DNA of 54,527 nucleotides, filler included, from Ionaspis alba (taxonomy: Eukaryota): the NCBI GenBank assembly GCA_964255285.1. It is 3 parts of 3 records of this genome, joined end to end, with 100 filler letters (N's around TTAATTAATTAA, not from the genome) between each part and the next. Parts side by side here need not be neighbours in the genome. Positions count along the whole stretch, not along the records: positions 36,432 to 54,527 come from CAXUUL010000297.1; 2 more parts are not named here. One strand, 5' to 3'. The notes under the pieces are model-generated. The model had not been told where the DNA came from. It saw only the letters and a program-made list of their open reading frames with translations, and did no database searches. Positions 49,166 through 54,527 of the stretch are shown one piece after another. Positions within the stretch are counted from its first letter, which is position 1; every line of letters starts with the position of its first letter. The translations under genes were made by a program, and so were the position numbers.

Positions 49166-49682
49166 GGTCGACGCTTTGCTGATTGATTCTGAGAGAAGCT
49201 GAAATCAACCTGAGCCTACGGACAGAAAGTACACGATAGTGCCACTGAATCGTAGCTTGTGAAGTCAAGGTGCAGAAGTCGCAGACCCAAGACTTGGCCG
49301 CCATGTCGAAAAGCTCGCCTAGAGACGCTATTCCTATTCGGGCAGCAGAGGGCGTCTCCTACTTCCTTGCGGGTGGTTCCACATTGACTGAATCAGGTGA
49401 GAATATCTACACAAAATTGTTCCACTTATTCTCACAAACTGCGCACCTCGCTCCGCATGTCCAAGCACTCAACTTGAATTATCGATAACGTGCGCAAGAG
49501 AAGCGAACCAGCCTCATTAAAAAATGACAACAAAGGTGATAAAAATCTTGCGAATTCCTGTTCAAATAACCATGACCGGCATGTTCTATCTACTCATACA
49601 CCACAAAAACCCAAGGGTATCTCCGTGCCCCCCAAACGCCTTTCCTTTTACCCAATGCCCTGCCCAAAAATCCATATGAACT

Positions 49683-51035
49683 TCATATAACAATAGTATC
49701 CCCCTTCATCGAAATCTGCCCCGTCCACATCGCCCTCGCAATCGAAGTCCCCCCAAACCCAGAATGAAAGACAACCTTCGTACCATCAATCGCAACATCC
49801 AACCCTCCCGGTCCATACAGCTCTCCAAAATCCCCCGTCTTCAACAACTGCTCTGGCGACTTCACAAAAGGGCCTTTGATACCACCCGAGCTGATGGCAT
49901 AGCGAACATCATACCATTTGCTCGTGAAGATATTGCTACTGAAGAATAGCACATAGACTGGTTTCTGGTCCTCGGGTCTGATAATCCGAGCCATACTGGG
50001 AGCTTCGATCAACGGCCCGTCTGCTGGGCCGCGGTCCAGGAGCTGCATCGGTTTACCGCGCAGAGTGATGCCGTCTTTGGCGTCGACTTCTTGGAGCATG
50101 ATGGGTGTGGGGTGGAAATGGGGCTTGGAGTCGTTGGACAGGTTTCGCAGGCTGTTGCCGTCGATTTTGTAGGTGATGTAGCGTTTGCCGTCTACGTCTT
50201 TGAAGCCGTCAGGGTCGATAGCGCCGCCGGTACTGGAGGGAAAGTCAGCAGCTGGTTTCGGATATTGAAAGGGTGGTGCTACCTTAGAGGACAGACTAAG
50301 GGTATGGGGAGGGGTTTGTATGGTCCCTCGATGTTTTTCGATGTAGCGGCCCCGACGCAGTGGTGCCTGTTTTGGAAGGTGTGACGCGCGGAGTAGTACA
50401 TTACGAAGCTTCCATCGTCCTAGAGTAAGACTATCGTTAGTATAAATGTTTCGATCATGATGGGGACTAGGGTAAAATCATACCAATTGAATGACATCTG
50501 GCGCCCAGATGTGGTCACCACTCGCCCACGGTCCTGCATTAGGCAGAGCATCCACGGTCGTCAAGTTCCACTCGTCAAAGTTCTTCGACGTCGCATACTG
50601 TATATTGACCTGGCCCTCATGGTATTTGACAAATTTATTGGTGGCGAAAGCATGAAATCCATCTTTCAGCTCGATGAGACATGGGTCGGCGAAGTTGGAG
50701 TCGATGACGGGACCGTCGACGAAGGTATCGATCCCCGCTACGGTAGTACCCGGGGTCTTTGAAGGAGTGTGAGGAGTGTTGCGAGATTTGAGGCCAAAGT
50801 AGAGGCCAAGGGTCAGAACTGATTTGAGGTTAGAATATATGGGAGCCATGGTTGTCTGAAGGAGAAGTATACTCAAAGTAAGGATTGCAAAGCCCAACAG
50901 CGTCCAGAGTAATGTTCTTATAATGATCGTCTTCCTCCTACCTGTTGGCGTTATCTGTTGTGGATTGACTTCTTCCCCATCCGACCCGTCGGAGTAGGAT
51001 CTGTCGTAATTCTTTTCTGACTGTGTCGCGGTCAT
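49683..51035 (-). CDS. Glycoside hydrolase family 43 protein with N-terminal transmembrane segment
   Basis: Exons 51035-50484, 50419-50283 and 50232-49683. Has NFADP (base), IWAPDV, HCVGAATS, GAIDPDGF (pKa modulator), LIEAPS (acid) and GPGG. Confidence 0.88.
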
Positions 51036-53037
51036 CGCATATTCGGAATGGAAATGGAGAGCTGAGGTGTGGAGACCACGCCGGCGTTGATAATGAATGA
51101 TATCACAAACAAAAGAAACGTGGTGGGCGTGGCGGAAACAATGGAAGTGCACGGGTCCAAAGGGACCATTCTGATTGATATACAAAGGCAAGCGGCACTA
51201 AGGAGCATAACACGGTAGAACGGGGGGGCAAAGCTTAGCAGTGAATTAAGATCCGCCCAAGCGGCAATGACGGTTGTCGAGCCACAGGTTGGGTCGGTTC
51301 GACGAGGTGAATCGAGGGAATCTATCACATCTGTTGGACAGCGACGTTGGATCAACCCCATGATAGGCTGAGACCATAGAAATCGGCTCGGGCGGTCCCC
51401 GCTGGATGGGGTAACGATTAACTGGTTGGACTTTTGGGGGCCCAGGTAGCGCAGTTAGGGGGCACTTGCATGGTAAGGGGTGCAGCACAGGTCCCGTTTG
51501 CATGGCCTTTATGGCACGGTAACGTAGAGATCTGAGTAGTGTGTCCACAGTCAGACACCCTCCAAAGTGGAGTCATGATACAATGCCTTAACACAGTATT
51601 CCATTTCTTTTCGGCCTTGGTGATAATGTGGTGTGGGCAAGTGTTCGAGTCTCGTATCCAATGGATCTCCGCTGCGACCCTCACTTTGTCACTTGTCCCT
51701 CGTTCCTGATCCAGCCAAGCCTCGACGTCGGCGGCTTCAAGGCTTGTTCCCACCTCCGCCGAAATACTCTTCACCATCCTTTACTATCCTTTCAAGCGCA
51801 ACTTTCATAAACTAGTATGCAAAATCTACGGGAAAGCCCTCCAGTACTATCGATGACGAGATCGCTTTTTCCAACTACTCACCGTTGTACTATGCGACAC
51901 GTGCGCACTCAGCATTACTGTCAATAATCGGCCACTACGGTCCAACATCCCACTAAGATAAGCCAAGGGCAAAATGGGTATTCAATCTCACCGATGCCCA
52001 GCCAGAATAGAGAAGCTGATGGCGAACTCCTTCGGTCAATCCTGATGATCCTTGACACGTTCTCGAGCGTGTCTAAAACCTCCAGCTCTATGCCATAAGC
52101 CACTGCACTATAATCTGGACAAAGCATCCTCGACCGTGGCTCACGCGCTTGTGCAGTAGGTCTTCAAGTGAGCTTAGTCTTTATCTAGTTCACTTCTTGC
52201 CTCATTGTATCTCTATGACAGACCCCTTGTACTGGGGCTTACTATTGTTCTCTTATCATCGTCAATTTTCACCAGCTTCTGATTGCAGCGCTGAAAAACT
52301 CACTGTTTTGATGCGCGCCGTCAGAACTCTCAACATGTCAATCCACTCGTAGTTAAATAGTCCATCATCGCGGCTCCCCATATGACCGTCCAATCATTTC
52401 ATACCTTCACACCCACGAGCAAGCCCGTCGAACCCGTGGCAACAGCGACTACACTTCTTGCATCATTAACGAAAAAAGCAATATTCAAAGCCAGCCGCTT
52501 CTCCTTTGTTGGAACAGCCACAAGCTCATCAGATCCACCCTTTGTCTCTGCGTCATGTGGAGATGCCGGGCGTGAGGCCGGTCATGTCATCTTGTTCTTC
52601 TCCCACCATAGAGAGATCCAGACGGCGATCCCAAATATTGCAATACGAATGGACTATCATAGTTCGTACCCTCCTCCCAATTGGGAATATCAAGAGGGCA
52701 CGACTCCAAGCGCTCCTACATCATCCGAACCAGTCCGTTTGGCCACAATAAAAGGTGACTTTGATAAGCTCTGATCGTGAGGAGCATGTCAGCTCGTGGA
52801 GGCCGAGCTTATGGCCAGCGTAGATGGCAAATTCCTAGACGACTTCATCTATGCAAATTTCTGTAACGCCTCAAACTTTCTCCATCAATGAAATCATTAC
52901 AGTTCCACCCCTTGCTTATCTAATCTCAGCGATTTCTTAGTCATGTATCATCGTCTCATCTTATCGTTTCTCACCATGTTCCTAATTTCTAACGGCATAT
53001 CTATTCCTTCCAGGACTTCGAAATGTTCCCAATCCTC

Positions 53038-54272
53038 CTAAAGATCTTTGTCGACCTTTGAACTTGCTTTTCTGCTAGCAGGACTCCACCATCTTCTGCG
53101 AAGACCTTGAAACCCTCGGACTAAAGGCTTCCTGAAGAGTGGGAGGGCAGAAACCACAGCAAGAATTCCGATGATCCCCGGACCTGTCCTGAACGACGTC
53201 CGCAAATCACCTTGCCATGCCCATCTCTCCCTCATCCAATCCTGTGCTGCCGACATCCTGCCTGTGCCTCCATCTTCCCAAGCGTCAAACTTCGTTGTCG
53301 GCGAGATTGTGATCGCCGTCCTCGCCTTACGCTGCCCAGATTTGAAACTCTGCATATTAAACGTCTTCTTTTCCTCTCTGGCTTTCGTCTGCATGTACGC
53401 ATAACATTTCTGTTTAAACGTCTTCAATGCGTCCCCATGCAAATCGATACTCCAATACAGAGCTCCATTCCCACAATGCACAAAATAGTGGTCCGTGGTA
53501 GGACTGAGCGCTACAGCCTTTATACCTCCTGTCGTCTCTGTATCTGCAGATAACACCTCGTGCACATCATCATAATGATTCTCCAGCTCCCATGCGATAC
53601 GATCGTCCCAAAAGGCGACCCACGTTCCTGCCACCCCTAGCGTCACTGCACGAGGCGGACCTCTAGTGGGCATGTCCTCGGTAATGTGCTTCTCCAGTCC
53701 CGAAGGAAGGTTATTCCACAAGCACCCCTTAGGCGTCCGTGCATAGAAACTGCGATGGGGACCAAACGTCACCGTCGACTGGCATAGTGCATCATGCTCG
53801 AGCACAAAGTTTTCCTCAATCCAGCGCCGCAACGCAGCGTAGGCATCTCGGCTTTTGCTCTGAAGTTCCCCTATATTCCAATCAACACTACTCTACAGCT
53901 ATTCGTAGATAACGACCGCTTACAGGATTCCTTGCCCTCCGCCTCTTTATTATCTCGCGCCTCTTTTTCACCCCTACCCTTCTTCCAAACCTGCATCTCT
54001 CCATCTTCTCCCGCCGGGAACGCCCACCTCATTCTAACAATCCCGGAATCTGCCCTTCCCGCGACAAAATAGATGTTGTCCGGTGCCAGAGCTGCGATGT
54101 AAGTAGCACGGAAAGAGTCAAGCTTCATTTGCTTGGAGACACGCTCGGGTCCGTAGTAAAACCATATGTTCCGGCAAGCCAGGAAGCAGGATTGATCAGG
54201 CCCGAAGGCGAAATGCACATCGCCAATGCTGGTAGACTGAGGACGATCGTCGGACATCGAGCCTTGAGCCAT
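53038..54272 (-). CDS. Hypothetical protein (repeated V-x-F/L-G-P beta-type motifs, C-terminal hydrophobic anchor)
   Basis: Two ORFs joined in frame by intron 53923-53871 (GTAAGC...TTGAT...TAG). Recurrent VHFAFGPDQS / AALAPDNIY / VTFGPHRSF / VTLGVAGTW / VALSPTTDHY units. The C-terminal GIIGILAVVSALPLF is followed by basic residues. Confidence 0.7.
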
Positions 54273-54527
54273 TATGCACGTAATAGAGCAATTCGGTGGA
54301 GGGCATAAAGTTTAAGGGAGGCTATCAGAGGTGGCTAGAGACCGGACGTTCGATATAAGTGGTATAGCTCAGTTTGTCATCATAGCGGGTTGAGAGGAAC
54401 TATAAGAGATGAGAGGAGACCAGAAACGATGTTGGAGAGCAAGACAAATGCAGCTGGTTTGAACTTCACGATAGACTGCATGAGTCGAGATAAGCAATCA
54501 GGCTCGAGAATAAATGGCATTCAGCTG

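Noticed and set aside
51246..52774. Short ORFs (100-130 aa) between the GH43 and the last hypothetical gene
   Set aside because: No recognisable domains or consistent exon structure; they cannot be supported from sequence alone.
54357..54410. tRNA-like 5' sequence GGTATAGCTCAGTTTG
   Set aside because: No downstream anticodon arm, GTTCRA T-loop or matching acceptor stem.

Overview
Eukaryotic, intron-containing DNA from a filamentous ascomycete (Pezizomycotina; GT-AG introns of about 50-60 nt with CTRAY branch sites, roughly 50% GC). The window is a dense block of about 22 mostly housekeeping genes. In order: COG8, PRKRIP1-like, carbonyl-reductase SDR, EAF-domain factor, TVP18, AIM21, flavin amine oxidase, a SesA/NB-ARC/TPR NLR-type immune receptor, NTF2 (missed by the ORF track), MIA40, THI80, HSP88/Hsp110, SRP68, a Cya5/Pet309 PPR protein, eIF5B, RanBPM, IES4, a class III GH18 chitinase, Pof3/Dia2, a ZNF207/BuGZ-like protein, a GH43 and a hypothetical protein. 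It has five 100-nt assembly gaps: two carry an artificial TTAATTAATTAA linker and two are false gaps flanked by exact 55-bp overlaps. I saw no tRNA, rRNA, CRISPR array or transposon. The best leads are a 195-nt stop-free in-frame intron in HSP88 encoding basic NLS-like motifs, long hairpin-rich introns in TVP18 and in the putative AIM21 5' UTR, a lone NLR with a PPPY linker and hydrophobic tail, a long coiled-coil C-terminal extension on THI80, and an unusual N-terminal module on the chitinase. Gene names rest on motif recognition from memory, and exon boundaries were read by eye. No database searches were run.
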